Positions 62,705 through 64,000 of a stretch of 64,000 nt of DNA are shown here, in pieces. Where the stretch lies: positions 2,108,001-2,172,000 of the forward strand of contig MU008155.1 in assembly GCA_010909165.1 (NCBI GenBank). The letters run 5' to 3'. The translations under genes were made by a program, and so were the position numbers. The notes beneath the pieces were generated by a model. That model was not told the DNA's origin, did not search any database, and saw only the letters and a list, made by a program, of their open reading frames with translations. Every line of letters begins with the position of its first letter. Position 1 is the first letter of the stretch. This DNA is from Anthoceros angustus (Eukaryota > Plantae > Anthocerotophyta).

Positions 62705-63863
62705 CGCACCAGTCCAGTATGTAGATAGAGCTGGCTCTTTCAATTGCATACAATCCCCTGGTTTCCTCCAAAATGAAAGTTTTGGAAATCTGGTGATTTT
62801 GGTATGCTCCGTTCTACTGTGAATACCATGTGAAAACTGTGCCCGTATTGCAGTCGGCACCACCTCTGAATCCAGCTGCTGGTTGAGTACATAGTATTTT
62901 CTGTTCCTAGAATAGCCAATAGGCAGTTTTTGCTGTGTCGATAATCACGGTCCTGGATCTTGCTTTGGTCGTCTTCACGCCCTTCTTAGAACATAGCTTC
63001 AAATTGGAAGCTTCCAAACATATTTGCATACATCGAGTTTCCCCTGCAAACCTTGCAGCAGGTATGGTCCCTACTTCTCTGAAGTTTTGTTTGCAGCTTA
63101 TTTACTGCTGGTATAGCAACCTGAACTAGGTTGATATCTAGTTGCACGTCATAGCCCCTTGTGTGCTGGAGAACATGGGCACAAGGAAAAGCGAGAAGGT
63201 TGTCTAGTGCAAAATTGATATGACAGTGTGGTCCTACCTCACCATGGATACCCAAGTAATTGTATCTGTGGACTCAGCTGTCGAACATCTGGTTATGGTT
63301 TTGAGATCTGTTCCAACTGCTGAAGTCGTCGGGGTGGTTCTTCTAACTAGGATGGTTGCTGTGGGGTTGGGGTGCCATCAGGATACGTCACGTTTGGCAT
63401 CAAGGCGTTTCGAATTTTAGCAGATGGGCAGTGGTCTAGATATGAAGTTTTGCGTAACCCAGTCCAATTTCTATGTTGCTAAGCTTCTCCTTTTTTTCGT
63501 CAATCGTGATCCTTTCCTGCTCCCTTCAGCTGCTTCATGTGTGGCCTTTCGTGGCCGCCACTCACTGTTTAACATTTCGAAACCCGCACCCAGTGACCCT
63601 CTACTTAGAACCGGCCCCGCTTGCAGGAAACGTCACTATGTGACCTATGTCAATTTACTGAACAGACATGTTTGCTTGAGAAATCGAAGCTTTGAGTGTG
63701 TTTCATCCTTGGCGGTAAACGCTGGCCATGAAATCCCTGTTCCGGCCCGCCTACATAAGCCGTGGCAGCCTTACGACCATCACGGGATCATCACACAGGA
63801 CGACACTGGTAACTGTTCCTGCTTGTCCTGCCACTTCCATCCCTTTTTTTTATCGGGTGAAGG

Positions 63864-64000
63864 TGTACATAAAGACGTGGTCACGTGGAATGTCATGACA
63901 CTAGGGTATTCCCAGCATCTTAATAGTGCTATACATGAACAAATTAGAGAACAAGGACTTGACGCTGACATGTGTGTAGCCAACAGTTTGGTGTACATGT
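63864..64000 (+). pseudogene. Internally deleted PLS-PPR remnant running off the window
   Basis: KDVVTWNVM...GYSQ and HEQIREQGLDADMCVANSLVYM, with frame breaks. Confidence 0.7.

Noticed and set aside
62900-63450. Possible minus-strand coding remnant after GOT1
   Set aside because: All frames are interrupted and no recognisable motif was found.
1-64000. tRNA, rRNA or other structured RNA genes
   Set aside because: None recognised; only PBS-length tRNA complements are present. A covariance-model scan was not possible.

Overview
Eukaryotic nuclear DNA from a seed-free land plant. The ~100-bp introns, ~50% GC and a PLS-PPR with a DYW:WW-type tail suggest a hornwort or a similar lineage; this is inference. 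Host genes: a single-exon PLS-class PPR with a decayed DYW domain (29643-33334), a 6-exon SWEET transporter (38471-39952), a 9-exon plastid HISN7/IMPL2 (41382-43563, minus), an unassigned acidic/coiled-coil ORF (59785-60537, minus) and a 6-exon GOT1 (61691-62704). Most of the rest is transposon-derived. It includes a full-length non-chromovirus Ty3/gypsy element with ~4.3-kb LTRs and an AGTAT target-site duplication (TSD; 4018-18070), two solo LTRs of related but distinct families (20481-25583 and 47146-52633), a decayed Ty1/copia (46771-58054) and DNA-transposon remnants. The best lead is that all three giant-LTR families carry, inside the LTR itself, a long sense-strand ORF with a shared protein motif, (K)xDH-x-VFxH-x-DWGRxIF-x-PxLIHVxxH, followed by a coiled coil. 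Each ORF is followed by a family-specific short-repeat array. Other oddities are an intron-containing HISN7 fragment copied into a solo LTR, scrambled fold-back PPR remnants beside the PPR gene, and four 0.6-1.7 kb tandem duplications. Repeats here are full of 1-bp indels while single-copy genes are nearly clean, so many frameshifts, and possibly some duplications, may be assembly errors. All domain calls come from motif recognition by eye, not from database searches.
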